A stretch of 64,000 nt of DNA from Eledone cirrhosa (lineage: Eukaryota). Positions 1-12,966 of this stretch are shown in pieces. The first letter of the stretch is position 1, and every line of letters begins with the position of its first letter. Where the stretch lies: the NCBI GenBank assembly GCA_964016885.1, contig OZ024743.1, positions 369,334,001-369,398,000 of the forward strand, in the 5' to 3' direction. The notes under the pieces are model-generated. The model did no database searches and was not told the origin of the DNA. It saw only the letters and a list, made by a program, of their open reading frames with translations. A program made the position numbers and the translations under genes.

Positions 1-422
1 GTGAGGGGCAAAGGAAAATGAGTGTTGGGGTGAGGTGGGGGGGGGAGCTGTTGGTGTGTGGGAGGACTGTGGTGTGGTCAGTATTATGGGTACGGGTAGG
101 GGAGCGTGAATCACAATGGGTGGACATCCATGCTGGATGAAGCAAGAAGCCATGGTCCTGGCTGCAGAACTGACAAAGATGGAGGAATTGGTAGTAGGGT
201 ATAGAGAGTTTGATATGGGTGGGTTGGGAGGAGGTAAAGTTGAGATAGGAGTGGGAGTAAGTAGGTTTGTAGAAGATGGAAGTTGAGAGGGTGTGGTGTG
301 TGTTTGTAATCACTACAGAGAGAGATGTCAAGAAATTGGATGGAAGAATTGCAGATGGATGTGATGAAGGTGAGAGTGGGATGAAAAGACTGGATGAAGG
401 AAAGAAAGAAGTTGACCTGTTC

Positions 423-457
<35 letters not shown>

Positions 458-1890
458 GGTGCCAATACAGTCGTCAATATAATGACCATACTACTCAGGG
501 GTATGTCCAGTGTAGTGGGATAAGATCTGGGCCTTGATGTAGCCCACGAACAAGTTTTTATAGTTCAGGCCCATTCTGGTTCCTATAAGACCTACTGGTA
601 AAACTCTCTAGTAAAGGAAAACACATCAAGGGTGAGAACGAGCTCAGCAAGACAGAGAAGAGTGGAAGTGCTAGAGTAAGGTGAGGGATGACTGTATAGA
701 GAGAAGTGATTTCCAGTGTGAAGAGGAGATGAGAGGGACCAGGAGAGAAGGAGGAGAGGTTGAAAAGTTGAAGAGCATAATTGGTGTCATGTATGTGAGC
801 GGGGAGGTTGGCGACTAAGAGAGCAAGGAGTGTATTAAGGAATTGTGAGATTATTTCAGTAGGGCAATTACAAAAGGAAACAGTAGGATGGCTGGGATTA
901 TTAGGTTTATGTATCTTTGGGAGGAAGTAGATGGTGGGTGTGTGAGGGGTTTGTGCTGAAGGGAGCAGGAGAGAGGAGGAGATCAGTTGGCAAATGGTAG
1001 CCTTGGGTGGGGTCAGAAGATAAAGGGTGGTAAAATTGGGTGTTTTGAAGTTGGCGGAGAGCCTCAATCCTGTAGAGCTCTATGCGCCACCTTTATTGGC
1101 AGGTTTGATGACAATGCCATCATGATACTGTAGGCTGCAAAGAATGGAGATCTTGGTCTGAGTGAGCTTGGTGTAATGAGAATGCTTGTGGAAATTGAAC
1201 CGGCTCAAACTACGTCGGTAAGTATCCACAAAGGAGTCGAGGGTACTGAACTGGCCAGAGCTTGGTGTCCAGTGTGATTGCTGGCAACTGAGACTTGTGA
1301 AGTCATCTGTCTGGGTCAATGATTGTGTGTTGTGGAAAAAAGCTTTGAGTTTTAGTCAACGTAAGAACTATTCAATCTCGGCATGTGTGTGGAACTTGAA
1401 GCAGGTGGATATGGTAGGTATGAAGTGCAAACCCTTGGCGAGGAGTGAGCGCTCAGCTTCGGAGAGTGGTGGGTCCTGGGGTAAGGTGACAATAGTGAAG
1501 TACGTGAGGGAGTGAAAGTAGCAGAGGTGGAGGGAGTGTGGCAGTTAGGCATGGTGTGCGCGGAGTTAGTGGTGAGGAGAGGAGAGAGGAGATAGTAGGG
1601 TTAAGGCTGGATATGAAGTGTGTATGTGTGATGATGGCAGGCAGAGAGCAGAGTGAGTTAAAGTTTTGATTTTTGCTAGAGATGAGAAAAATGAAGAGAT
1701 GCTGTTTGAGGTGATGAATGAATTGGACGATGGATTAGGTGTAGAGGGGGTGGGAAGTGGAGGAGAGAAGGTAGGCTGGCTTTGGGGAGATCATGGTTGA
1801 GGGAACGGATTTGAGAGAGAGTGGAATGAGATGGCGAGAGAAGCGGGTAAGGATGGTAGAAACTTGACCATGATATCTAGTGGTTTCAGC
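1..1890 (-). mobile_element. Degenerate Penelope-like retroelement (RT region; runs off the window start)
   Basis: Minus-strand ORFs give PLE RT motifs: GIVIKPANKGGA (1080-1319), TPTIYFLPKIHKPNNP...CNCPTEIISQFL and LFTLEITSLYTVIPH (558-1067). Frameshifted, with a (GA)n insert at ~425-455. Same family as 23483-27521. Confidence 0.85.
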
Positions 1891-2048
1891 TTGTATGTAG
1901 CAAGCTTTTTCAAGGGTATACTGATTTATGAAGAATCTTTTTCAAATTTGTGAAGGAAGTGATTTGTGTGCATGTGTGGAAGTGACCTAATTCCATACAT
2001 TCCCCCAAATGGCTTCCTTCATAAATCAAAGAGATTCTTCATACCTCA

Positions 2049-2050
<2 letters not shown>

Positions 2051-2105
<55 letters not shown>
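2051..2105. repeat. (TA)n microsatellite
   Basis: Direct reading. Confidence 0.95.
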
Positions 2106-2108
<3 letters not shown>

Positions 2109-2878
2109 AACCTTAAGTTTCACGTCGGAAATGAAATTTATTTTCATTTTCGATTCATTAAAAAAATTGTTGTTTATCTGAATACAAAAAATGGTTGGAT
2201 GACTACGTGCTCGCACTACGTTAGTTGATTATGTTTTGGATGCAACTGACATCCTTAATGAGAATATTACACTTCTTACTCATATACCTGCGATACACGG
2301 TGACATTCTGTCTGTGTGACAGTGGCTGGCGAGATGGCGATTGGTGGCAAACAGTGTCAATTGTCCTGTTTGTAATGAAGCGTGCACATTAAGCCGCTAT
2401 TCTGAGGGTCATGAGAAATGGAGATGGTGATGCAACCGCGATCTCGACGCCGTGACACGCTCCTCCCCATTATTCAACATTGGATTTTGCCAGGCAGCCG
2501 TATCATCTCCGACGGTTGGGCTTCGTATGATGAACTGGATCAAATTGAAGGTGGGATTTACGTTCATGATGTTGTTGTGACGGACGGAACTTTATAGATC
2601 CTGCGGACCCTGAAGTACACACCCAGCTAATAGAGAACACGTGGATGTGTGCAAAGAAGAAGCTTCGTCGCCAGCATGGCAATCGTATATTGCAGAATTT
2701 CTTTGGCGGCAGAGAGTTGGTGCCAACCAGTCTGGTGAGATGATATACTGCATTGAAGCAATTTATATGGTGCAATAAATGTTTCAATATGTTATTCTTT
2801 TGTTTCAACACACACAAAATGAAAATAAATATGTGAAAATGAAAATAAATTTCATTTCCGACGTGAAACTTAAGGTTT

Positions 2879-2881
<3 letters not shown>
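2106..2881 (+). mobile_element. Internally deleted Merlin (IS1016/ISXO2-like) DNA transposon
   Basis: 46-bp perfect TIRs (gtaaaccttaagtttcacgtcggaaatgaaatttattttcattttc at 2106-2151; reverse complement at 2835-2880). Internal peptides: WLARWRLVANSVNCPVCNEACTL...WRW*C (Zn ribbon) and NFIDPADPEVHTQLIENTWMCAKKKLR (Merlin-type HTQxIExxW motif). Confidence 0.8.

Positions 2882-2926
<45 letters not shown>
2882..2926. repeat. (TG)n microsatellite
   Basis: Direct reading. Confidence 0.95.
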
Positions 2927-2928
<2 letters not shown>

Positions 2929-2976
2929 ATGAGTTTTATCCCAAAAGTAAGAGTACTGGTGTTATATTTAAATGTA

Positions 2977-3586
2977 CAGGGTGTAACAGGTAACTTTGGA
3001 CAAGTTTCAAATGGGTACATTTCTAATTGTATAGATTTTGTTGGAGTCTAAATTTTAAATATTACCACCTCGAATAATCACTTGTACTATTGTTTATTTC
3101 ACATTGAAATTACAAGTTATCTCTTTCAAAATACGACTCTTGGGAAGTCACACTGTGGTTCCAACATTTTTTCCATTGATTGTAGCAATACCAGAAGTCA
3201 TTTTTTGTGAGTGTCCTTAACTTGTTGGTTACAATTTTTTGTATGTTTTTCACAGTCCCAAAATGATGACCCTTCTACTTCAGTTTCAAGTTCAGGAGGA
3301 GTTAGAAATTACACAGAGCTAGATCTGGGCTGTAGGGAGGATGTGGAAGAGTGGGAATGTTTTTCTTGGCCAGAAATTCTCTAAAAGTGGTGTGTGAGCA
3401 GGCATGTTATTGCTATGCAGTCCCCAATCTCCTGCAATGTCCTTTCGGACTTGACTCGTTTTCGAAGTTGTTCCAAGACATCTGTGAAGGAGGTGCGATT
3501 AACTGTCGGTCCTGGAGGTAAAAATTCTTTGTGAACAATACCATGGCTGTCAAAGAAAATGATTATTGTTTTTCATCCTGGATCTG
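2977..3586 (-). mobile_element. Mariner (DD34D-type) transposon 3' fragment with one TIR
   Basis: Minus-strand peptides IFFDSHGIVHKEFLPPGPTVN, LHSNNMPAH, LPHPPYSPDLALCNF and QWKKCWNHSVTSQESYFE. TA-CAGGGTGT terminus at 2975-2984. Confidence 0.85.
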
Positions 3587-4319
3587 CTTATTTTTAGATT
3601 TTCAAAAACATTTCTTTTCAAGTTTAATTGCAATTGTAAAACAGCATGCAAGAGTCTGAATGAAAGGACAATTAAACTTAAAAAGAAATGTTTTTGAAAA
3701 TCTAAAAACAGAGAAAGCAAGCTATGCTAAACATCAATTTTTTATACATGTTATAAAGATGCTTTTTATATATATATATCGTTTTCCGAACCCCCATTTA
3801 TATATATATATATAACTGGTTTTTAGAATAGGCATACTGAATCCCAGCACTTTATAAGAGGCAAACTAAAATGGTTGGTGTCAGGAAGGGCATCCATGTG
3901 AAAAATATCTCACCATAGAAAAATGGACATAAAAATGATGATAATGATATTAGAATGTGTGTGTAAAATAGCATAGTATTTAAAACCTTCAAACATTAAC
4001 TGATTGATTACTCAATACTGGTTAATAGAGTGTAGAGATTTATTTAGAAAAGTGGCAGTGATTTTGAAGTTTCATCTTGGTTGCTTCATATATATATGTA
4101 TATGATGATGATGATGGATTCTCCATCAATTTCGCTGTTCAGTTGTTTGATCAACAAAACAGCCTACTCATGAAATTAATGTGCAAGTGGCTGCACATTC
4201 CACTGACACTTGTACTCTTAATATAATTCTTGGGAAGATACATAGTAACATACTGTTAGATAAGGGCATTCTTCTGAATTAAAGGTACATTCCAGCTGAT
4301 ATCCCAATATTTCCCATCT

Positions 4320-4542
4320 ACTTTAGTGTTCACATTATATATATACTATTATATTTTCATGGTAAAGGCTTTATCTCACATAATTATCTCACATAATATC
4401 GAATCTATGAGATTTTGAAAGTATTTATTTTGAGAACAATACCTTAACATCAGTTTGAGCGACCAGTTACAGCCAGTTTCAACAGAAAGAGGTAGAGAAT
4501 TCTGGCCGGTTTTGGCCAGTTTGAACAATTTAATGCTATGGT
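4320..4542 (-). mobile_element. Degenerate copy of the piggyBac-type MITE at 13650-13870
   Basis: Reverse-complement similarity (gaattctggccgg, cagttacagcc, aatatcgaatctat, taaaggctttat). Confidence 0.7.
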
Positions 4543-4752
4543 AAATCACTCTTGCTCGAGAAGCAATGCAGTGAGATCAAACTCGTTATCTTATGACTGT
4601 AAAGTGAGCTATTTAACCATTCAGCCATTCTATGTATGTTCACTATCATATATATATATTCATTTATTATGGCTAAATAGTGAGTCCTGTTACTCTGGGT
4701 TTCACCTGTACATTCACAAGGTTGACAGGCAAGAATATATATATATATATAT

Positions 4753-5803
4753 CATCATCATCATCACTGTTTTACGTCCATTCTTCAACGCCAGCATGTG
4801 TTAGACGAGTTGTCCTGTTATGGGCAATGCCAGGTCGGGTGACCATGTCTTGCTCATACGAGAACTGATTTTGGTTTGATTTCTGCAGCTGGATGTCCTT
4901 CCTAACACCAACCTCATTTACAGTGAGTACTTGGTGCTTTTTTACCGTAGCGCCTACACGACCACTTTACAGTGTGGACTAGGTGCTTTTTTGTTGTGAC
5001 ACCTCCATGGCCACTTTGCAGTGGGAGGGGGTGGGGGGATATTGTCTATGTTTCAGCTTTGGCTTGTACCCGTGGGAAGTCGGGTCTTGTGTATTATTGC
5101 GTAATACCAGAAGTCTCAGTCCTCTGTCATCGCCTTTGAGAGGTGCAGTTGGGTAAGGTTAGCTTTTATCACCTCACCCCAGGTCTTCTTGGGCCTCCCC
5201 ACTCCAAGGCTTCCATCAACTTTTAGTGCTCTGCGCCTTTTTATGCAGCTGTCATCCTTCATACGCATCACATGTCAATACCAATGCAATCTCCTCTCCT
5301 GCACACAGCATTTGATTCCTCTTATGCTTAGTCTCTCTCTCAATTTGTTTATGCTTTGCCATTTGCGTATATTACTATTACACATCCATCGGAGCATGCA
5401 GGTTTCGTTTCTTTCTAATCTACGCAAGTCTTCTACACACAGCGCCCAGGTCTCTCTACCATGTAACATTGCTGTTCGTATGCACGCATCATACAGTCTG
5501 CCTTTCATTTTGAGGGAAAAGCCTTTTGCAGCTAGCAGTGGCAGTAGCTCCCTGAATTTCTTCCATTGTGTTCTTACCCTAGTTACTGTACTTTCAGAAC
5601 ATCCACCTCTGCTGCTAATTCGGTCACCTAGGTAGCAAATGCTGTCTACTGTTTCTACAGAGCCCTCCCAGAAATTGGTAGTGCTTGTTTCCTGTGGCCG
5701 TATGCTGCTTACTGTCCCAGTGCAACTGCTACATGTAAAGCCTACATTCTTGGCTAAACTTCCTGAAATCCCACTACATCTTTTGTGTATCCATAGTTGG
5801 CAT
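4753..5803 (-). mobile_element. RTE LINE (PHD family), 5'-truncated copy 1
   Basis: MKGRLYDACIRTAMLHGRETWAL...ERRLHWY, then the 3'UTR and a (GAT)n tail (CAT repeats at 4753). Confidence 0.9.
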
Positions 5804-5952
5804 TAGGAAGGGTATCCAGCTGTAGAAATCTAGCCAGAAACAGTTCTGTATGAGCAGGATACAGTCACCTGACCCAACCTGCCTCAAATAGGGCAACCTG
5901 TCTGACCCATGCTAGCGTGGAAAGTAGATGTTAAACAACAATGATGATGATG
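5804..5952 (+). mobile_element. RTE/SINE 3'-tail fragment
   Basis: aggaagggtatccagctgtagaaa...catgctagcgtggaaa...gatgatgatg matches the RTE 3'UTR. Confidence 0.7.
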
Positions 5953-6451
5953 CACACACACACACACACACACATGAAGATATATATTGTTATTGTTGAA
6001 CAATTAAGGACATCTCTTAAATTGTAAGAGCTAATATTTAGTGTCCTGTGGTAAAATAATTAATTTAAGTACTATTTAGTCTCTAATTTGAAGTCATTGT
6101 TCCAAGGTTGTCATGTTTTCACTGAATGGGGAGTACTTTCTCTCAGTGAAATGGTATTAAGCTCTGTTAAGTGAAGGGTATTATTGACATATATAAATAG
6201 AAATAGTGGTTGTGGGAAGGTAAATGCTAATTTCTTACTATAGGAGCTTATTTAAGCTTGTACATCTGTTGAGGAGATTAAGTTCTTGTACTTACACTAT
6301 CACCTGCAGGGCAACTGGCTATGGGTTAATGCCTCCCCTATCCATACACACAAACATGAATACATATGCACACATATATTTATGCATGTGTTTAATTTAA
6401 TTCTTATGTCTGTTGCAATGGGAAGTTTATATTTTTTGTTCTCCCCATCAG

Positions 6452-6650
6452 ATCTATCACTGATGTCATTGTGTTGTTGCTGTCTGGTTCAGTTGGGAAG
6501 GGCCAAAGTCTGTTGGGGATTTCCTTACAGCTGTGCTTACAGTTGTTAAGTAATGACACCATGGCTATTGATAGTCAGCAGCTATCAACAGGAGTGGAGT
6601 TGACAGAGTACTTGACAACATATATTCATAGCTGGACTCAGGAATATTAA
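6452..6650 (+). CDS. Candidate terminal coding exon of an unidentified host gene
   Basis: Polypyrimidine acceptor (attttttgttctccccatcag) followed by 65 open codons of non-repetitive, leucine-rich sequence (SITDVIVLLLSGSVGKGQSLLGISLQLCLQLLSNDTMAIDSQQLSTGVELTEYLTTYIHSWTQEY*). No recognised homology. Confidence 0.4.
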
Positions 6651-6750
6651 TATAGAGGTATATATGAAGACATAAGATATGTTTAGGAACATAGGAGATA
6701 TATTACACATTTATTAGCAGTAACACTAACACAACTTAGTTCAGAATATG

Positions 6751-6793
<43 letters not shown>

Positions 6794-7704
6794 ATTATAT
6801 ATAAACATACCATATATGTCTTCATATATACCTCTTTATTAATATACATTTAGTCTGCTTGAAGAGGGAGCCCTGTGAGGTGGGGTGGCTGTTGCAGCAG
6901 GTGTCTGTGGCCATTCTTCCTCTCTGACAGAGGTGTAGTGTCTGTCCCTCTCCTTCTCCCTTTCTTCCATTGTTTGAATTTTTCTTTTTCTTCCTTTCAT
7001 TTCCTTTTTTTTCTTCCATTTAAAAGTATTTTGTTTTTGTATAATCTGACAGATTATTTTCAATTCTTGTTGCAATGTAGAATGTGAACATGTTTCTATA
7101 GGTCTGCATAGAAATAAATTTACAATAATCTTATGAATATGGGGTTCATTCGGTGAAGATTTTTGTTGTAGAGGTGAGCTGGGTGGTTTTCTTTTCATCA
7201 TCATTATCATATGTCCATTTTTCCATGCTTGATGGGTTGGAGGTGTCTTTTCCATCTCAGCCTCCTTCCTTTCACAGTGTTCCTTTGTCATCTCCTCTGT
7301 GAGATTCAGCTCTAACCATCCCTGCCCAGGTTTTAGGGGGTTTTCTTCTACTGTAGCTTCTTTCCACTGGCATTTCCTGGCACTGAGATATTCTATTATG
7401 ATAAAAGGATTTCACTTCTTGTGTTGGTAAGCTATGAATACATGTTTATTTTAGTCTAATTTTCATCTTAAGACACCTAATTTTTCCATTCATCATCATC
7501 ATAGTTTTTTTTATGCTTGTATTGGTTAGATAAGACAACGTTTGAAGGCAGTTTTCTGATTCTTCATAATGCCAACCCACACTTTTTATTCAAAGAATGG
7601 TATACAGAGTTTATGTTCATTGAACTGCTTCACTGAAGGGCATGGTTTATGGAGGACATGAGCAAATGTCACTGTCTTTTTAAATGCACATGCACATATA
7701 TGTA

Positions 7705-8052
7705 TATAGGTAGTGCTAAGGGTATGATAAAATGCACCTAGCCTACCCTGTTAAGTTGTAGTGCTGGTGCCACAATGAAAAGCACCCAGACCATCCTATA
7801 TGGTGGTAGTGCTGGTACCATGATGAACAGCACCGCGTAAGGTGATGGTGTCAAAGTTATGATAAAATGCTTCCAGTACATGCTGTATAGTGGTTGCACT
7901 AGGAAGAATATCTTGCTGTAGAAACTAAGCCAAAGTAGTGTACAAGCAGGACATGGTCACTTGACAGGTTTTAGGCTTTAACATGTGACAATGTGTCTAA
8001 CCTATGCTCACATGAAAAATAGACGTAAATGTTGATGATGATCATGATCATG
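7705..8052 (+). mobile_element. Degenerate RTE-tailed SINE-like element with internal ~40-bp tandem units
   Basis: Repeated gtgctggtgccac..aaaagcaccca units, then aggaag..gctgtagaaac..gacgtaaatgttgatgatg. Confidence 0.6.
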
Positions 8053-8506
8053 ATTTATATGTACATATATATGCAAGCATGGAAAAATAGTTTTCATCTA
8101 TCAAACTCACTGAAGGCATTGGTTGATCTCAGGTTACAGTGAAAGCCATTTATCCAATTTTACACTTTAAAACCATGGTATGGTTTGCACTGAAACTATG
8201 CTTGTGGTTTTTAATTAACTGGGTGATTGTATTTTTGTGTTTTAGGTTAGGTTTGGTGTATTTTGTTATTGGGTAGGGTTGTATAAGGAAAAATATATTA
8301 CATAACTAACATTTTAAAGTAATCATTTAAAAAAAATGTAATATTTATTTTTCATGCATTTATCACACTATTAATGAGAAGTAATAATTAGGTTATATTT
8401 TTTAATCAACACATTCTAGGAAAGTCAATACCAGCGGTTTTTTTCTGTCAAAGTAACATCATATAGTCACATGTGCACACATGCATGCTCACACACACAC
8501 ACACTG

Positions 8507-8657
<151 letters not shown>

Positions 8658-8934
8658 ATTTTGTTTCTGCTCTTTCTCCAGTATATTTTATTCAAAAATC
8701 ACAAAATGGTGATGGTGTTTTAATGATAATATCAATGGATTTATCTAGAACTGGGAATATGAATGTCAGTGTGAGTAACTTGTACATAATCAACCATATT
8801 AATATGCCATGTGTGTTTGTATATTTATTTACATGCACACACAGTTTTTTCTTTATTATTATTACTGTGTTTTTTTTGTTTAGATCAGTTCTGTTTCTCT
8901 ATTGCCAGGTTCAGGCCTAGGGCAATATATGTTT

Positions 8935-9345
8935 TCATTGTAGAGAGAGAACTTGTCTGACAATGTGTGCTGTTCCTAGTAGTCCGATCTTCTGTAGCTC
9001 ATATTTGCTGATCTTGCAGGGAAGGATGCTAAGGTGCAGGTCTGATGATTTGGGTATTAATCCTAATGGTCCTATTACCACAGGGATAGTGTTTGTGGTC
9101 ATCCTCCATATGTGGTTGATCTCTTTGTATTTTAACAGTTTTTCCATTGTTTTTATAGATGTATTCTTGTCAGCTGGTACGGAAATATCTATAAGTCCGA
9201 TCTGTTTTGTTTTTTATTATGATATCTGGTCTGTTGGCAGCGATAACTTGGTTGGTTATCATAGGCATATCCCACTAGATGGATAAGTTGCCCCTTTCCA
9301 TGACTGTTTTTGGTTGATGTTCATACTATGAAGAAACTTTATCCC
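8935..9345 (-). mobile_element. Dong/R4-type LINE 3' fragment (RLE domain)
   Basis: LIDISVPADKN...EKLLKYKE...TIPVVIGPLGLI...LQKIGLLGTAHIVRQVL, typical of the R4/Dong restriction-like endonuclease C-terminus. Confidence 0.8.
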
Positions 9346-9711
9346 ATTGTGAAATATAATTCCTGGCTTAAACGATATGTATTGTCATTCTAGATGTTGT
9401 TGTCTTACTTTTCTTTTTGTGTTTAGTTATAAAGTTTTTTTTAATCAACTTGTTTCACTTTTCGTAAGCCCTGCAACGAATGCATGCAATTTTTGTTTGT
9501 TTTTAATTCACTCATCACATGTTGAGGTTCAACTCTGAAAAGATATTCCTGAAGTGTTGTGTTACTCTTGATTACGGTTATGGTGGCAGTTCAACTGCAA
9601 ATACGTTGTGTGCACTAAACCAGACACATGCACTCACTATAATATTCATAGTTGATTGTCGTATTCTGAAAATGCATACTACTACTACTGCTAGTGCTAC
9701 TGCTGCTGCTA

Positions 9712-10660
9712 AGCTCTGTGCGCCTTTGGGTGTGAGCAGTATAGGGAGGGGACAAATTCTGCCCAGGTGGGCAATGCGTTCAGTGGAACTTCCATTCTAG
9801 AGATCTATAGAGGATTAGTGGTGGGCAAGTGCAATGATGCTCTCGGAGAGATTCTAGGTGTCAACGAGAAAGAACTAGCCAGTCTTTTCCGGAGGACTTT
9901 TGTGCCGGAGCTATGGACAATTTCCAGAAATCCCTTGCTTGGCAATAGTACTGGAGAGCCATGCCGTTTTGAGATAAATTCAATAGGGACAGTAGTGCTG
10001 TCAAAGCTGTCCGAGATGCGCACAGAGTGATGAAACTGTTTTGCACGCACTCATCCAGTGCCCCTGTATTGCTAACTTATGGAGTTATGTCGAACAACTG
10101 TTATCGCGTGTGGGATGGATCTGGCTATCGACCAAATCCATAGTGAAAATAGCCCCGCCGCCTTCATTTGACCAGGAAGTGCAAGCAGTTTTCCTCTGTC
10201 TGATAGCTGTAGCGACTGAAAGGTCTGAAGACAGACACTTTTCTCTTCGGTCAAGTTCTCATCAACTTTTCCAAGTTTCACTTGGAAAAGAAGATTAGGG
10301 TGGAGAGAGAAATGCTGCCCCTGAGAACATTTTCTAAAATGTGGGTGATTGTTGCGAGGATGGCTCATGTGAACGGGCCCATTCTAAACATGCACCTGTA
10401 AGCTGGAAAGACAAAGGGAGAGACGGGTGCCTTCCTAGGGTGCTCTTGGAGATGAGGGTGGGTTGGGATTTGTGGGGTTCCTGACGTCACCCCTGGGTGG
10501 GGTCCCCCATTCTTTTGTTGATATTTTTTGTTAATTATTTTGTTAATTTTTTTACTTAATTGCATGTAAACCCCCACTGCCCCATTGTCCCCATCTTTGT
10601 AGTGCCCTCTATGTTCGGCCCTTGTGACCAATAATAAAGAAATTATTATTATTATTATTA
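9712..10660 (+). mobile_element. Tx1/L1-like LINE 3' fragment
   Basis: C-terminal Zn-knuckle RCAQSDETVLHALIQCPCIANLWSYVEQLL; aataaa followed by an (ATT)n tail at ~10630-10660. Confidence 0.65.
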
Positions 10661-10664
10661 TCCC

Positions 10665-10795
10665 GCTGAGATTAGCTTTGCCTTTCATCCTTACGGGTCG
10701 ATAAAATAAAGCACCTGTAATACGCTGGGGTCAGTTTAATTAACTTTCCTCTCCAAATTGCTGTGCCTAAAGTAGAAACAACTATTATTATTATT
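10665..10795 (+). mobile_element. 5'-truncated tRNA-derived SINE (family A)
   Basis: ctttgcctttcatccttacgggtcgataaaataaag...gtgcctaaagtagaaac plus (ATT)n; same family as 12755-13243. Confidence 0.75.
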
Positions 10796-10799
10796 AATA

Positions 10800-11500
10800 T
10801 TAACAACATGGCTTTGGCTTAGGTCAGGTTGGGTTAAAAAGAGCACTGAGGCTATTATTACTGTCACACAAGACCAGGCACTCAGAACAAATTGGATGAA
10901 AGCTAACATCGATGGACAAAATTGTTCTCCTCTCTATAAAGTATGTCATAAAGCAGACAAATTTGTGGCACATATTGCTAGTGGATGTAAGCAATTAGCA
11001 AAAAGACATTATAAAATCCGGCATGATCTTATGGCAAAGAGAGTCCGTTTGAAGTTGTACAAAAAATAGAAAACATAGATATCAGTGGTATGAACATACT
11101 CCTCTTGAATCCTGCCGATCAAGTAAAGGAGTTGAGTTATTTTAGGACCTTAAGATCAAGACCACAAAGAAAGTCCAACACAACTGCCCTGATATTGTTG
11201 TAAAAACAAACGACCTCTCAAAATGGTCTCTAATTGGTACTGCAATCCCTCAAGACCACAATGTGGCTGAAAAGGAAATGGAAAAGATCAATAAGTAAGC
11301 AGACCTTGCAGGCACTATTAAAACTGATCCCCATGTAGTGATAGAAGTCTAGCCAATCATCTTTGGGGTGCTAGGCATGGTCCCTAAACGTCTTATGTCT
11401 TTCATCAAATGCCTTGGGATACCTGAAATTATAGGCAGTGTCCAAATTTCTACCATCACTAGCACTGCCAGAATCCTATACAATATATTGAGGCTCTGAG
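10800..11500 (+). mobile_element. Degenerate Dong/R4-type LINE 3' fragment
   Basis: STEAIITVTQDQALRTNWMK...VAHIASGCKQLAKRHYKIRHD...HNCPDIVV (CCHC and RLE remnants) with stops. Confidence 0.75.
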
Positions 11501-11565
11501 ACTGATCTGAGGCCAATTAACAGTCTGCACCTAGCAACTGATTGCTAGAGAAACTTTACATTATT

Positions 11566-12752
11566 CATCATCATCATCATCATCGTTTAACGTCCATCTT
11601 CCACGCTTGCATGGGTTTGGATGGGAGTTTTCCCACTTGAGGCAAGAGTGGTTGTCTTGCTCGCATAGGACTGTCTGGCGGGTTTTCTATGGCTGGATGC
11701 CCTTCCTAACACCAACCACGTTTACAGTGTGGACTGGGAGGTTTTTACGGTGTTACCTACACGGCCACCTTACAGCGTGGACTGTATGTTTTTTTGTCGT
11801 GACACCTACACGACCTCATTTGTTTTGGACTGGATGTTGTGGTACCAACATAACTTTACATTGAAAGGGGTGGTGTGGATGGGGTGGGGATAGTGGGACG
11901 GGGGTGTATTTTTGTTAGAGGTGCCTACTGACTGTAGTAGGTTTCACTTTGTACTTAGGTAAGGCGGGTCTTCTGTATTACTGTGTAGCGCCAAAGATCT
12001 CGGTCCAGTGACATTGTCTTGGAGAGGTGTAAGTGTGTGAGGTCGAAATTTATCAAGTCGTCCCAGGTTTTTCTGGGTCTGCCTACTCCGTGGCTACCAT
12101 CTATTTTTATTGCCCTGCACTTTTTTATACAGCTGTCGTCTTTCATGCGCATCACGTGACCATACCAACGTAGTCTTCTCTCGAGTAAACAACATCTGAT
12201 CCCTCTTATTTCTAATTTTCCCTTAGTTCGTTTATGCTTTGCCATTCACGTATATTACTATTACACATCCAGCGGAGCATGCAAGCTTCGTTCCTCTCCA
12301 GTCTGCGTATATCCTCTGCACACAATGTCCAGGTCTCACTGCCATGTAACATTGCTGTTCGTATGCAGGCATCATACAGCCTGCCTTTCATTTTTAGGGA
12401 GAACCCTTTAGCGGCTAATAGTGGTATAAGCTCTCTGAACTTTTTCCATCCCGTTCTGACTCTAGCTACTGTACTTTCAGAGCACCCTCCCCCACTGCTG
12501 ATTTTGTCACCCAGGTAACGGAAGTTGTCCACTATTTCTATAGAACCATCTATAGAACCATTCTGTGGGCACTTGCTGCTACTTATTGCACCAGAGCACC
12601 GGCCACATATAAAATCTATGTTCTTAGCTTACCTGTGATTCCACTACATCTTTTATGCACCCATACTTTGCATTGGGGACATAAAATGGAGTTTCTACCT
12701 ACTCCTTTCCTACACACTGAGCATGGCCATTTCCCGGATGGGACCGGTGCCC
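11566..12752 (-). mobile_element. RTE LINE (PHD family), 5'-truncated copy 2
   Basis: [54 protein letters not shown]; frameshifts; (GAT)n tail. Confidence 0.92.
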
Positions 12753-12754
12753 TA

Positions 12755-12952
12755 TTATTAATAATTATTGTTTCTACTTTTGGCACAAGGCCATCAATTA
12801 CCCAGTACATTACTGGTACTTTATTTTATCGACCCCGTAAGGATGAAAGGCAAAGTTAACCTCGGCAGGATTTGAACTCAGACCGTAAAGGGACGTAACT
12901 ATGCTGGAAAGCATGGCGTCCGACCCTCTACCAATACTGCCAATCCACCACC
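12755..12952 (-). mobile_element. Full-length tRNA-derived SINE (family A)
   Basis: Minus strand: A box tggcagtattgg, B box gagttcaaatcc, core ctttcatccttacggggtcgataaaataaagtaccag (resembles the MetaSINE core, from memory), (ATT)n tail. Confidence 0.8.
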
Positions 12953-12966
12953 ATTATTACTATTAA

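Noticed and set aside
6839-7291. 150-aa minus-strand ORF
   Set aside because: Crosses low-complexity tracts and an RTE/SINE tail remnant; no domain recognised.
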